Of a DNA stretch of 64,000 bases, positions 25,672-38,300 are shown in pieces. The translations under genes and the position numbers were made by a program. Where the stretch lies: contig QPMI01000618.1 of assembly GCA_004431415.1 (NCBI GenBank), forward strand, positions 37,311 through 101,310, written 5' to 3'. The stretch is from Cyanophora paradoxa CCMP329 (Eukaryota > Plantae > Glaucophyta). The notes under the pieces are model-generated. The model did no database searches, was not told the origin of the DNA, and saw only the letters and a program-made list of their open reading frames with translations. Positions within the stretch are counted from its first letter, which is position 1, and the number at the start of each line of letters is the position of its first letter.

Positions 25672-25994
25672 CTTCTCAGATGCAGGCCGGATGGCTCGCC
25701 GGGAGCCGCCCGCACGCCCCAGCTCCGAAACGGCCGCGGTGCCCGGCACGCGGCTGATCCGGATGGATAGGGTTGCTAGGGCAGGGGTCGCCGACGCCGG
25801 GTCGAGCAGCTCTGGCCCATCCGCAAGCGATAAGCCGAGCTCCGCTGCCGCGCGACCCCAGCCGCCCACTACTGCTGCTTCTGTCGCGTACCCCAACAGG
25901 AGGAGAAAAGGCGGTGCCATTCTGTGTCCAGGAGCTCGATCACACGCTCGGACTCGCCTGGGAGATCAAACAAGGACTAGCGAGCCGACAGGCG

Positions 25995-28900
25995 ATGGCG
26001 GCCGCTTTCGGGTCTCCCGCGTGCGTGCCAGGGTCGGCGCTCTTCCGATCGCTCAGCACACTGCAAGCCACTCCGTGCCAGCTTGTTTCGACGGCGCTGG
26101 CCCCGGCTGCGCGCGCGTGGCCGATCGGACAGCGCGCGCTGACAGCATGCGGAGCGCGCCGGCATGCAGCAGCGAGGCCCCCCTGCTCGGGGCGGGCGTT
26201 TGAAGCGCCCCGCAGGCTCCCACGGCTCACGAGCGCATGGCTCGCTGGCGACGGGCTGCGCGCCCCGCGCCCTCGAGCTCCCGGGGCCGCGGGCGCGTGC
26301 CCGCCCACGGCGCCGCCGGCGCCTGCTGCCGCCGCTGCGGCGCCGCCGGAGGCACAGCCGGCGGAGCGCTCGCCGTCGTCGTCGGCGGGCGGCCTGCAGC
26401 CTTTCGACTTCACGGCGCTCGCGGCGGTCGTGCACGAGCTGCGGGGCGGGTGGCTGCCCGCGCGCTGCGACAACGTCGTGCAGGAGGACCCCTTCACGCT
26501 CAAGCTCTGCCTCCGGACGCTCGAGCGGCGCGAGTGGCTCACCATCTGCTGGCACCCGCAGGCCCGCCCCCCCGCCCGCCCGCCCGCCCGCCCGCCCCCA
26601 CGCCCGCCGCCCGGCCCGCCGCCTTGAGCTGCGCCTCTGAAGCGCTCGCGCGGCGCAGTCGTGCCATATGGCGATGGGCCCTGCGCCGCCGCGGGGCCAG
26701 GACACCTTCGCTCTCTCGGACGCCCTGCGCCACCAGCTCAACGGGCTCGCCCTCGTCGCCGTCGAGCTCCCCCGCCCCTTCGAGCGCGTCGCCGAACTCC
26801 AGGCGCGCCCGACCGGATCGTCCCTACACAAAAAGACTGACGCGCCCTTGCTTCCAGTTCGCGCGGCGGCCGGGCGAGGCGCCGCTGTTCCGCGTGTACG
26901 CCGAGCTCGCCGGGCGCCTCTCGAACGTCGCCCTCGTCAACGGGGCCGGCCTCGTCGTCTCCTGTGCCGAGCAGGCCCGCCCGCCCAAGCTCTTTTCCGC
27001 TCTTGGTGTGCCCGCCGCCGCTCAGAGGGGCGCGCGCAGAGGGGCCGCTCGGGGTCGGCCGCGCGGTCGCTGCAGACGGGGCGGCCGTACGCGCCGCCGC
27101 CCGCGCAGCCGGCCGCGGAGCCGAGCGCGGACGAGCCGCCCGAGGCCTGGCGGCAGCGCGTCGCCTCCGCCCCGGGGCCCCTCTCCAAGCGCCTCGTCGG
27201 GTGCGCACTGTACCCTGGCCGGGCGGACCGCTCTTGGCCAAGCCGGCCCGGCCGCAGGGCGTACAAGGGCGTGTCGCCGGCGCTGGCGCGGGCGATGTGC
27301 GAGCGTGCGGGGCTGGATCCGGCCTCGGACGCCGCGGCGCTCTCCGCGGGCGGGTGGGACGCCCTCTGGGGGCGCGCGTGGCTCCCCTGGCTCGCCGCCC
27401 TCGCCGGCGGGCCCGCCGCGTTCCGCCCCTCCCGATCCCGTGCGGGGCCCTCTGTTTAGCCCCTCCCCGCTTCCCCCGACGCCCCGCCGCAGCCTCGGGG
27501 TACTGCGTCCTCGGCTGGCGGGCGGGGGCGGAGGAGGAGCCTGCGGGGCCCGAGGAAGAGGCGGAGGCGGCGGAGGCGGCGGCGCGCTGGGGCGCCGTGA
27601 GCGCCCTCGTCAGCGGCTACTACGGCGGCCGAAGCGACGCCGAGATCCACGCCCGCGAGCGCTCCCAGGCGCGCATTCATTCCCGTACCCCCGTCGCGCC
27701 GCCGCCGCCGCCGACCCGTACCCCGCAGCTGCTGCAGCGCGTCCGGACGGCGCTGGGGAAGGTCCTCTCCTCCCCCCCCCTTCCTGCCTCTGTACCCCTC
27801 CCCCGCTGATCCACGGGGGGTACGCGTTCGTTCAGGTCCGGGCGAGGCTCGCGACCTTCGAGGCGAAGCTCGCCGAGTCCGCCGGCGCCGCCGCGTGCGC
27901 ACGGCGACCCCCGCGCACCCGTACCCCCCTTCCTTCCTTCCTTCGCCCCGAGCCTCGGCGCCGCAGGCTGAAGCAGACGGCGGACGAGATTCTGGCGTTC
28001 CAGTGGCGCTGGCAGCCCGGCGACGCCAGCCTCGAGGTGGGTACAGCGTTTTTGACCGCTAGCTGGCCGCCCTCCGCCGATCAAGGGTGGCGGGGGGTAC
28101 ATGTACAGGTGGAGGACTTCGAGACGGGGGAGGCGCGGAGCGTCGATGTGGACGCGGACGCGGGGCCCGCCGCCTCCGCCGCCCGCCTCTACGTCGTGCG
28201 CGCCCCCCCTCCCCGCCCCCCCCCCGGGCGGTGGGGGGTACGAGTTTCTGACGGGCGAGCGTTCGCCCGGCAGGCGAGCTCGAAGCTGAGGCGGGCGGCG
28301 GGGCACGTGGCGCCCCTCGCCGACGACGCCGCCGCAGAGCTCGAGTACCTTCTCTCGGTACACGTACCCCCCGCGCGCCTCTTTCTTCTTCCCCCCCGGG
28401 GGGATGAACCAGCGGGACGGCGGGGTACAGGTGGAGGAGGCGCTGGAGGCGCTCGGGGAGGGGCCCGGGGGCCCCGCCGAGGCGGCCGCCCTTTCCGAGA
28501 TCCGCGACGAGCTCCGTGCGCCCGTACCCCCCGGATTCCGACGGTCCGGGCCCTCTGAACGGCGTACCCCCCACAGAGGAGCAGGGCTACGTACGGGCGC
28601 CGCGGGCGGCCGCGGGGCGGGCGCAGCAGCGGCAGCAGGGCAAGAAGAAGGGCGGGGGCGGCGAGAAGGGCGCGGGGGCCCCGGGCCCGGGGCCGGGGGA
28701 CATGCGGCGGCTGGTGAGCCCGGGTGGCCTCGAGGTCCTCGCCGGCCGCAACAACCGCCAGGCCCGTGTACCCCTCCCCCCTCCCTCGTCGATCTACCCC
28801 TGATCCGCCCGCCTTCGCCCCCGGCTCCGCAGAACGACGCGCTGACGTTCCGCATCGCCGGCGACAACGACCTCTGGTTCCACGCCCAGGCGGGCCCCTT

Positions 28901-29425
28901 TCCGCGTCCCCTCGGCCCCCCACGCCTGACTCTGCGCCGGGGCCGGCGCAGGGCGTGCCGGGGGCGCACGTTCTGCTGCGGGGCGCCCTCGCCGGCCGCG
29001 CCGGCGCGGAGGCGGCGGCGGAGGCCGATCTCCAGTTCGCCGCCGACGTCGCCGGTGCCCGCGCCCGCGCCCGCACCCGCGCTCGGCTCTCCGCGGCGCG
29101 CTCTTCTGACGCCGACGCGGCGGTGTGGCGTCGCGGCGCAGCGCACCTGAGCCGGGCGCGGGGCAGCGGGCGGGTGCCGGTGGGCGTCTCCCGGCGGAAG
29201 CACCTGGCGCGGCCGAGGGGCGGGCGGCCGGGGGCCGTCCTCGTCCGCAGCGTCGAGCGGACGCTCTACGGGCGCCCCGACGCCGCCGCCGCCGCCGTCG
29301 CCGGCGCCGCGCGGGCCGCCGATCGCGAGGCGGAGGCGGCCGCGGCCGCCGGCGCGCGGCGGGGCAAGCAGCGGCGGGGGGCGCCGCCGCCGCCGGCTTC
29401 GGATTCGAATTCGCTATCCAATTGA
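25995..29425 (+). CDS. rqcH: NFACT/FbpA family protein (RqcH/Rqc2 homologue), cyanobacterial type, with N-terminal plastid transit peptide
   Basis: LQPFDFTALAAVVHELRGGWLPARCDNVVQ..LRTLERREWLTICWHPQ, DTFALSDALRHQLNGLAL, FERVAELQ-FARRPGE, YAELAGRLSNVALV, and the NFACT-R motif [38 protein letters not shown]; presequence starts MAAAFGSP. Confidence 0.92.
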
Positions 29426-29827
29426 GGTTGTCGGAATGAACCCAAATGCCAGCCTTCGTCTACGCAGTGTTTGTAATATTAAATCTTTGGTGTCTAGATC
29501 TTTCGCATCTGTTCTGCTATATTAATATTATTGTTTTGCATCTAGATCTGTTTTGCTAGCTAGATCTCTGGGACTAGAGGCCGTGGGGGACCTTCGGAAG
29601 GCTACAGGCCTACTAGGCATGCCCAATATTAATGTGGCGTGCCTTCATTGCAGCGGCTTACAAATCAGCGCATGCGCAGTAAATATTCTTCGACATCGTA
29701 AGCCGTTGACCATGAAGGGCGGATCAGAACTTGATCCTAGTGGCTACGGAATGGGTCGAGCTAGAAGAAGTGATGGAGGAGACCGGAATGGGCTTCGACG
29801 CTGCGGGAAGCCGAGCTGCCAGCGCTG

Positions 29828-32366
29828 AGATCAGATTTCGTCGACGTCCGTCTTCACGAGTTCTAGGCGCGAAGGCGCGAAATACTGTCTAAATTGGCGC
29901 GAAAGAGCACGAAACTCGCACCTGCGAGGGTGCGTGCACGTGTCGACGCGGACGTGCTCCGTCGCGGCCGTCTCGAAGCGGTGGGCGACCTGCTGCTGCT
30001 CCTCGCGCAGGAAGTCTCGGGCGGCTGCGAAAGAAGGTCTTCAGCGCTGGACGAGCCGCGAAATGCTCGAGGGGCGAAATTCGAAACGCGCACCTTTATG
30101 AGCGGCGTAGGAGCGCGCCCGACGGTAGATTTCGCGGAGGAAAAACGTGGCGAAAGTCATTCTAGTACTAGTGCTGCCGAAACGCTGGGATGTATAGCTG
30201 GTTTTGCGGTTTGGTTTTGGGCGATGAATTCGTGAAGTTGTGCGCTGATCAAGACGTAGACCTCACGAATTCGAAGCGTCAATCCCCCGATCTCCTCTCT
30301 AGATCTAGCTCTAGCTCTAGCTCTATAGCTAGCGCTGTACTAGCTAGCGATCTAGCTAAATCTAGCTAACTAGTGGCCCGGCCGCGTTTTGGCGCGCCGG
30401 GGGTGCAAGGGGGGAATCTGGATCTAATGAAAGAGTAGTAGTGGCACGAACATGCACGGGGCAGATGTAGATCGACCCCGGCCCAGCGCGCGCGGCAGGT
30501 TGAAGTAGTAAAGATAGAGACAGATTATATGTGATTGTAAAGAGTAGAAAAGGGCTGATAAGCAGACGCTGCGATCTAACCGAATAAAGAAAAGCCTGAA
30601 TGAACGGCGAGATTGAGCGCACTGTATATGAAAGATTGTTCTGGAGCGAAAAAACTCTGCGCATCAACTGTGTTCGCACGGCCTACCCCTAACCCTGAAC
30701 AGCTGGCTAAAAGATGATGGTGCTGTCTGCAGAGGGCTCGCCGTAAACATAGGCGATCCAGGACGACCTGCGGGGTCAGACCGGCGTACGACCTGCTGGA
30801 GATCTAGACTCGAGCTCGCCAGGGGGTCAGACCGGCGTACGACCTGCTGGAGATCTAGACTCGAGCTCCACCGAGCTGGACTGCTGGCCGGGTGGCAGAC
30901 GGCGGGTACGCAGGCACGCGGCGCAACGCGGGGCACACGCGGGGCGCAGACTAAGGATACAAGTGCCACGTCGTGCGCAGCACGCGAACTAGTCTGCTGG
31001 CCAGGTGCCGAGCGCAACAATTGCAAGAGCGCCCGGCCCAGCAGGCGTGCTCGGCCGGCTCACGCGGTTCTGCGGCGCACGCGATGTCGGCGGCTTGCTG
31101 AGCGCAGCAAGAGACTAGCTACAGTCTGGACTCAGTGACTGCCGCGCAAAATTTAGAGGAGACAGCTAGCGCTGGTAGAAGTGGTTAACGTTGGCATCCA
31201 AAACCGCCGCGTGACACCCCAGCCCCGCGCGAAGGAAAGGCCCGGAGAGCTCAGATCTACAGCTAGAGCCTAGCAAAATTTAGAGGAGACAGCTGGGAGA
31301 AGTGGTTGCCATGCAAAACCGCCGCGTGACACCCCAGCGCCGCGCGAATGAGAGGCTAGCAAAATTTAGAGGAGACAGCTGGGAGAAGTGATTGCCATGC
31401 AAAACCGCCGCGTGACACCCCAGCGCCGCGCGAAGGAGAGGCTAGCAAAATTTAGAGGAGACAGCTGGGAGAAGTGGTTGCCATGCACAACCGCCGCGTG
31501 ACACCCCAGCGCCGCGCGAAGGAGAGGCCCGGAGAGCTCAGATCTACATCTAGAGCCTAGAAATTGGTTTTCCCCGAGTTCCTGCAGACCGCCGGGCAAC
31601 CTGCTCTAGACTCGAGTTCTGACTGCAGCTGCAGACTGGAGAGAGGAGATGAGAGCTGTCGCGAAGAGACGACAAGATCGAAAGAGAGAAAACTGGTTTT
31701 CCCCCTCGAAAACCGCTTTTTGCGTGCACGCTCCCAGCGACCAACACGTGTCGCAACGCCATTTTGGCTCATTTTTTTCCTGCGTTGCAAACTGGACCTC
31801 GAAAACGGCCTCATAGAAGAATTTTGGCTGAAGCGAGGGAATTTAACGGGAAGCAAGGGGGGGAAGACCTTCGGTCTTCTTTTCCCCCCTTGCAATTAAG
31901 CTCGCCGAGTATATACGCATATACGTATACGTATACGTCTCCTCGAGCTCAACTCTAAATTAAAGCCAGCTCCGGCCGGCCAGCTCCTCGCAATCGATCG
32001 AGCTTTCTATACTGAGCAGCAGCAGCGGGATCGAAGCGAGAAGCGCCATGTCCAGCGAGAAGCAGCTGCAGCAGGACGGTGCGCGCGCGTGCATATGCGT
32101 TGCGGCGCACGCCTCAGCTCGCGATCGATATCGGCTCCCGATCCCGAGTTTTCGCGGCCTGAGAAAGTGTTTTCGCGCGCGCGCGCGCGCGCGCGCGCAG
32201 CGATGTCTACGGGCGCCGGCGACGCCCAGAAGATGCAGGATCCGAGCAGCCCTCTCTTCATGCCTCGGCGCGATGAGGACGTCGAGCCCGGTGCGATTTC
32301 GCGCCGCGCGGCCCGCCGAGTTTCGCGCGACCGCGCTCCCTCTAGATCTTCACTCACGCTAGCCAT
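29828..32366 (-). CDS. Possible small multi-exon gene or remnant spanning the transposon insertion
   Basis: Exon-like segments: ATGGCTAGC|gtgag near 32366, VYVLISAQLHEFIAQNQT (~30210-30260), AARDFLREEQQQVAHRFETAATEHVRVDTC (~29922-30025), ELVKTDVDEI-stop (~29830-29862). Frame continuity not established. Confidence 0.25.
30772..30868. repeat. 46-bp direct repeat x2 (period 51) inside element A
   Basis: GGGGTCAGACCGGCGTACGACCTGCTGGAGATCTAGACTCGAGCTC at 30772-30817 and 30823-30868. Confidence 0.9.
31146..31560. repeat. Internal tandem array, about 86-bp unit x4, inside element A
   Basis: GCAAAATTTAGAGGAGACAGCT..AAACCGCCGCGTGACACCCCAGC starts at 31146, 31273, 31359 and 31445; one degenerate reverse-complement copy lies in element B (~48900-48950). 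Confidence 0.92.
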
Positions 32367-33661
32367 GGCTTTCGCGGGCCGCGGATCGGAGCGCAGGCAG
32401 CCTCGCTTATCCTTTCCCGGCGTCGGAGGGCGCCGGGGACCGCTCAAGCGGCTTGGACAACGAGCGGCTGGAGCAGGTGCGCGCCTCCTAATTTCGAGCG
32501 CGCTTCCGATCGCGAATTGAAGCGCTCCCGCAATCGCGAGCCAGGTCGTGCGCAGCGAGGTGCGGGCGGCGGTCGGAGACGATTCGGCTCCCGGTGGCGC
32601 GGACTTCGAGCGGCAGTGCTCCGGATCCGACGCCGACCGGGAGCGGGCCCGGGGTCTTTGCGAGCCGGCCCGCGCGGACTTCGCGGGGGGAGACCGCGGG
32701 CGGGGGGGTTTCCAGGGGCCCGCCGGCGGCGACCGCGCCCTGTAGGCTGCAGCTGAATTCACGCAGGATTCGGCGGAGCTTCTATGCATTTCTTGCTTAA
32801 TAGCTTCGGCGCCCGGCCCTTCTTCCGGTCCCTGATCATGATTTCGGGCTTCGCCTGCGAATCTAGTTGCTGAGTGGTCCAGGGACGACAACTCGGCCGC
32901 GGGATCTGTAATTATAATCACAAATATTTCATGCATCAGCGACTGCCGGGGCCGCTGCTGGCCGCAGTGTCACAGTGCAAATAAATCTATAGTTAGGCCA
33001 ACTGCAAGGGTTATCAATTATAATCAGGCCGGCCAGGGAGGGCCATGCCAGGTCGCCGGCCGAGAACGTCGGACTACGTATACGGCCGCGGCCCGCGCGC
33101 GGTCGACCGTCGGATCCGGGGACGTCCCCGGGGCCCGGGGGCACTGCAGCTGCCGCAGTGCGCGCCGCGGCCGCATGACATGATGCGCGCGCAGTGCATG
33201 CAGCGCCGGACACGGCGCCGACCGCTGACGATCGAGGCCAGCTCGCAGGCCATCATGATCAGGCCGCAGCTGCAGCCAGCCGCTGAGCTGCAGCCTCGCT
33301 AGCTGCAGCTAGCGCTAGCGCTGCAGGGCATATGCATCGCACGGAGCTGCATCGTGCAACTGCAGCTGCGCAGTGCGCATGCAGTGCCGCCCGCGTGCGC
33401 ATTTACATCTCGCCGATATCGTGTACCCCGACCCGTCTCTTGCAGCTCGTGCAAGCAAGCGACGCAAAACAAGCTCTTCGCGACACGAAACTAAGCTTTC
33501 TGGCTCGCTAGTAGTAGCATAGTACCCGCCACGACGCCTCTCAAGTGCGCAACCTCCGTCTAGCGCGATGTTGTCGCGGGCGAGGGAGCAAGCTGACGCG
33601 CTCCGCAGCACGTGCATCCGCGCGCTGCGCCGGCACAGCGCCACCCGCCGGTCTCGCTTCG

Positions 33662-34857
33662 ATGGGGAACTGCATGGGGTCGGGCCCGTCGGGCAGCGAC
33701 GAGTATGACCTCTTCCTCTCGCATCGGCAGTCCACCGGCGCCGACCTCGCCCGATCCATCAAGCTCGAGGTGGATCGCCCGCGCCGCGCCGCCGCCCACT
33801 TCCCGCGCCGCCCCAACGCCGAGCGCCCCCTTCCTCCGCGCGCGCAGCTGGAGCAGATGCGCCCTGGCATCCGCGTCTTCCTCGACACCGACGCGCTGGA
33901 CGATATCCACGACCTGCGCGCCGCCATCGCCGCCTCCCGCGCCTTCCTCCTCGTCCTCACCCCGGGTCCGCGCTCGCTCGAACCCAATCCGCCGCGGCGC
34001 GCGCGCGCCGCGGCAAATCAAAGCGCCACCGGGCCCTGATCGGCGCGCCCGCGCGGCCGCGCCGGCAGGAGTCTTCGAGAGCCAGTTCGTGGTGAAGGAG
34101 GTCGTCGCTGCGGCCGACCTGCGGCGGCCGGCGCTCATCCTCTGGGACACGAAGCAGGTCCCCAACTTCCCCACCGGTGCGCGCCAGGCCGGGCGATCGG
34201 GCTCGCCCTTCCCGCCCCCCGCCCCGCCCGCCCTCCCCGCCCCGCCCCGCCCCGCCCGGCCACCGCCCCGCCTCGGCGCGCCGACCTCCGCGCGCAGTGG
34301 ACGCGTCGGTGCAGCTCCCGCCGGTGGACGGAGTCGACCCCGCGCGCGTGCGCCAGATCCTCCAGCGCCTCCTTCTCGTCAAGGCGCGTACCCCCTCCCT
34401 CCGAAGCGGGTTCGAATCCGTCCGGGGACCGATTCCGCCGATCGCGGGGGCGGGCCGCATGCGCAGGCGACGCAGTTCGTGCGGGAGAAGCGCCTTCGTG
34501 AGGCCGCCCTCCGCGAGATCCTCGACCGCATGCGCTCCGCCTCCCCCATCGACGTACCCCCCTTCCCCTCCCCCCGCGTACCCCCCTCCCTTACGCCCGG
34601 CCGGGCCCTCGCCCCCAGGTCGATCCGGCGCCTCAGCAGGCGGCGCCGATCAACCACGGCGCCCCCGCCGGTGCGCCGCCGCCCCGCCCCTCTTCCTCGA
34701 CGCCTCGCCTCTTCTTGACGGGGCTGCAGAACGCGGCCCGGCGGTGGGGACGTTCAAGGGCAAGCCGGTGTACCGCGGCCCGCGGGGCGGCCTGTACTAC
34801 GTGAACAAGAGCGGCTTCAAGACGGGCGTTAAGGAGGACGCTCTGGATCCCCGGTGA
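33662..34857 (+). CDS. SARM1-like TIR-domain protein with N-terminal MGNC acylation motif and C-terminal basic adaptor motif (7 exons)
   Basis: Exons 33662-33769, 33848-33965, 34069-34176, 34298-34383, 34467-34553, 34619-34670, 34730-34857 splice in frame: MGNCMGSG..YDLFLSHRQSTGADLARSIKLELEQMRPGIRVFLDTDALDD..FLLVLTPGVFESQFVVKEVVAA..GTFKGKPVYRGPRGGLYYVNKSGFKTGV. Confidence 0.88.
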
Positions 34858-35308
34858 TCCGACCCCCCGGCCCCAGCGCCGGTGCCGGCGCCGGTGGCTG
34901 TTTGCTTGCGCCCGTTCGACGAATCTGCTAGCTGTAGTGCGTAGGGTCTAGAGCCGGCTAGCTAGCGATTAATGATTTTGAGCGTTGTTCCCGACTTTCT
35001 TTCTTAGTTTAGTTCATATGCTCTCGTCCAGGGCACAGCAATTGATCGCCCAGGCCTATCTGTGCGGGCTGTGCCTGGGGTCGTCCGCCTGCCCTTTGCC
35101 CGGCAGATATTATAGCGAGAACGCAATGCCCCGCCCGCCCTTTGCCCCGCTCATGCCGGGACCCGGCGATTGCGATTTTCTAGATACGTATATATACGAC
35201 CTGCCGGCGATCAAACTAGCGCCGGCGCCGGCGTCGGTTCCGCGCCGGCTCCCAAGCGAGCTCCCTGCCGCTACCTAGGGGCCTGGAGCTGACGCGGCCG
35301 CCGGGGCG

Positions 35309-38300
35309 TCACCGCTGCGCGCGGGAGGCCACGGCGATGGAGTATACGGGCCCCTCGTGCCCCTGCGTGCTTTTCGTTCAGGCGAGAGATCGAGGGCGCG
35401 GGGCGGGGCGAGGCTCGGACCTTGGAAGTCCAGACGCACTCCAGCGTCCTCGCGTTCCAGCACCGCACGCTCTGCGGCGCGGCGGCGGCGGCGGCGCGGT
35501 CGGCGGCGAGCGAGCGCGGCTGGGGGGGGGGGGAAGGGAAGGGGGGTACGCGTGCCTTGTCGTAGGAGCCGGAGAAGAGGTGCCCCTCGCTAGTGGCGAG
35601 GCAGTAGACGGGGCCCACGTGGCCCCGCAGCACCTGCCGGCGGGTCAGTGAGGGGGGGTGGGGGGTACGGGGTGGTAGGAGGGCGTACCCCCGCGAACTC
35701 CCAGGCCTCGGTGTCGAGGGCGCGGACGGAGCCGTCGCCGCAGCCGACGAAGAGGCGGCCCTCCCCCGGGCACGCGCACAGGCAGTTCACCCACCTGGGC
35801 GGGGGGCGTGGGCGGGCGGGAGAGGCGGAGCGGAGCAGAGCAGAGCGGAGCAGGGCGGGGCGGGGTGGGGCGGGGTGGGGCGGGGGCGGACAGGGAGTTT
35901 GTCTCGAGGACGCGGAGGCAGCGGCCGGAGTCGAGGTCCCACACCCGCACGTGCTCGTCCGCCGATCCCGACACGATCCGCTGCGAGACGCCAGGCTGAG
36001 TCAGAGGGGGGAAAAGAGGGAGGGGTATGGGGCGGGGCGGACGCGGCCGAGGACGACGAGGCTGTTGACGGCGTCGGTGTGGCCGCTGAGCGCGGCCGTG
36101 CAGGAGAGCGGGGCACCCCCCGCCGCCCCCGCCCCCGCCCCCGCCCCCGCCTCGCACGCCCACACCTGCGCGACGCGCTCGCTCGGGGGGAGGGGCGGGG
36201 GGAGGAGGGGGGTACGGCACGCCTTGACTTTGTCGTCCGCCCCGCCCGTCACGAGCCGCCCGTCCGACGACACCGCCGCGCACTTCACCTGAGCGGGCGC
36301 CGCTCAGGTGGGGGGGGGGAGAAGGACGGCCCCGGGGGTACGCACTGCGCCCTCGTGGCCCTCTACGGGGGCCCCGATGGCCCGCAGCTGGCCCCGCTCC
36401 AGCCCGCTGCGGAGCCCGGCCCGCCTCAGGCGCCCGGGCCGGGCAGGGGTAACGGGTCAAAGAGAGCTAAACGGCGCGCCTCAGGTCCCAAACGCGGAGG
36501 ATCTTTTTCGAGGTACCCCCGAAGAGGAGCGGGGGCGCCGAGGCGATGCACGTGAGGGGCTCCTCGCATCGCGCGGCCGCCACGCACTGCCCGTTGAACC
36601 TGTGCGCAAGCAGCGCGCTCGGCCGGCCGGTCCGGCCGGCGGGCCGCGCGGCGAGGCGGGGCGGACCAGGCTCGGAGGGTACGGTCAGCGGAGGCGGAGA
36701 AGACGACCGGACCGAGCGGCATGTCCGCCACCGCCAGCGAGTTCACCCAGTCCTGAGGGGGAGGTACAGGATCAGTCGGTAGCAGCGGGCGGGGGGTTTG
36801 GATTGCGGGGGGTTCGCGCGCCATGTGTCCGGAAAAGGTCGCTACGCAGCGCTGCGTGTCCGCCTCCCAGACCTGCGGGGGGTATGGGGAGGGCGGGGCG
36901 GGGCGGGGCGGGGGTACGGGGTGATTTGCCTTGACGGTCTTGTCGGCGGAACCCGTGAGAACCCAGAGGCCCGGGGGCGGGCCGGGCCCGGGGGCCGGGG
37001 GTATGGGCAGGGGCGAGGGGCTGGGGGCGGTGGGGCCGGCGGGGCCGGCGGTCGTAGGGGGGGCGAGGGAGGAGGAGCCGGAGGAGGTGAGGGAGCTCGA
37101 GGGGGGTAGGCGGAGGGGCGAGGCGGGGCGGGAGGCGCCCCCCCCGGGGCCGGCGGCGGCGAGGGGCGTGGGCGAGAGCGAGCTCGAGAGGCCGGCGACC
37201 GTACCCCCCAGCGCCCCCAGGCCCCCCGCCCGCAGCACGGGGCCCTTCCCCTTCGGGCTCCCGTCGTCCCCCTCCTGCCCCCCGCGTCACGGGGGTACAG
37301 CAGCGCAAGGGGGGTACGGGCGGACGTCGATGGTGTCGAAGCGGAGGGGGTCGAAGTCGAGGAAGGGCTGGGGCGGCATCTGCAGGGGCAGGGGCGCCCG
37401 CTGGCCCATCGCCAGGTCCGCGAGCGATCCGCTCTGCCCGCCCCCCGTCAGGCCGGGGGGGAGAAAGTAGAAGACGGCGGGGGAAGGAGGGGCCCGCTCG
37501 CCTGGAGGATGCTGCCCGAGCGCTGCGGCTGCGGGGATCGGTCCCGCATGTCCCGAGACCCGTACACCGGGGTACCTCTGCGCCCGCCGGGGTCGGCGGG
37601 GAGGGGCGGGGGGCGCGGGGGGTACGGGGGCACATGGAGCGGCGGGCGGGGGAGTTGCGCATAGAGGGAACGGCGCCGAAGGTCGGGGGCTCGGGGGGGC
37701 CGGCCCCGGGGGCCCGCGGGGCCGGCTGCGTCCCGAGGTCCGTGATCTTCTGGTTCAGCAGCGGGAGCCCTGCGCGGCCCGGCCGGCTCAGAGGCCGGCG
37801 AGCGGGGGCTCGGGAGGGGGGGTACTGCGCGCCCAGGAAGCCGCAGAGGGCGTTGCAGCGGTGCCGCAGGAGGAACGAGCGGATGCCTGCCCGGGCGGTC
37901 GGCGGTGCGGGGGTGGGGGGAGAAGGGGGGGTACGGGGGCGCGCCGGCCATGCCGAGGTTGCCCCGCCCGAAGCCCATGCCCGTGTGCGTGTGGATCTGC
38001 GGGTCCGCTGCGGGGCGCGAGCGGGCGTAGTGAGGGCCGGTGGGGAGAGGGGGGGGACGCGGCGCGGCGGGGGGGTACGCGCACTGTAGAGGTCGTTGAC
38101 GCCCTGGATGTCGCAGACGAGGATCTGGTGCCTCGAGGCCTGCGCGCGGGGCGGCGTATGACGCTCGGGCTGGGCCGGGGCGGCGGGGGAGGGGGGTACA
38201 AGGCGCCTCGTAGGTGAAGTGGGAGAAGGCCTGAGGCGTGTTCCGCTCGATGTCGCTGACGCGGCCGACCTGCGCGGGAGAGGGGTTCGGCGTTCGGTCG

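Larger units (their letters stand above)
30370..31895 (-). mobile_element. Non-autonomous rolling-circle transposon (Helitron/proto-Helentron-like), copy A, 1526 bp
   Basis: On the minus strand it begins A|TTGCAAGGGGGG and ends with a GC hairpin then CCACTAG|T; perfect 13-bp subterminal inverted repeats at 30404-30416 and 31882-31894; both ends are homologous to 48555-49124. Confidence 0.85.

Noticed and set aside
26237-29203. Long ORFs of 773 aa (+) and 508 aa (-)
   Set aside because: Stop-poor GC-rich read-through of NFACT exons and introns, or its antisense shadow; conserved motifs switch frame at splice sites.
31146-31560. Regular array as CRISPR or guide-RNA array
   Set aside because: Units are contiguous near-identical tandem copies without unique spacers and lie inside a transposon.
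20738-34857. Bacterial Pycsar or Thoeris operon / contaminating prokaryotic contig
   Set aside because: The genes are intron-rich, on opposite strands, about 8 kb apart, and the TIR protein lacks a cyclic-nucleotide-binding domain.
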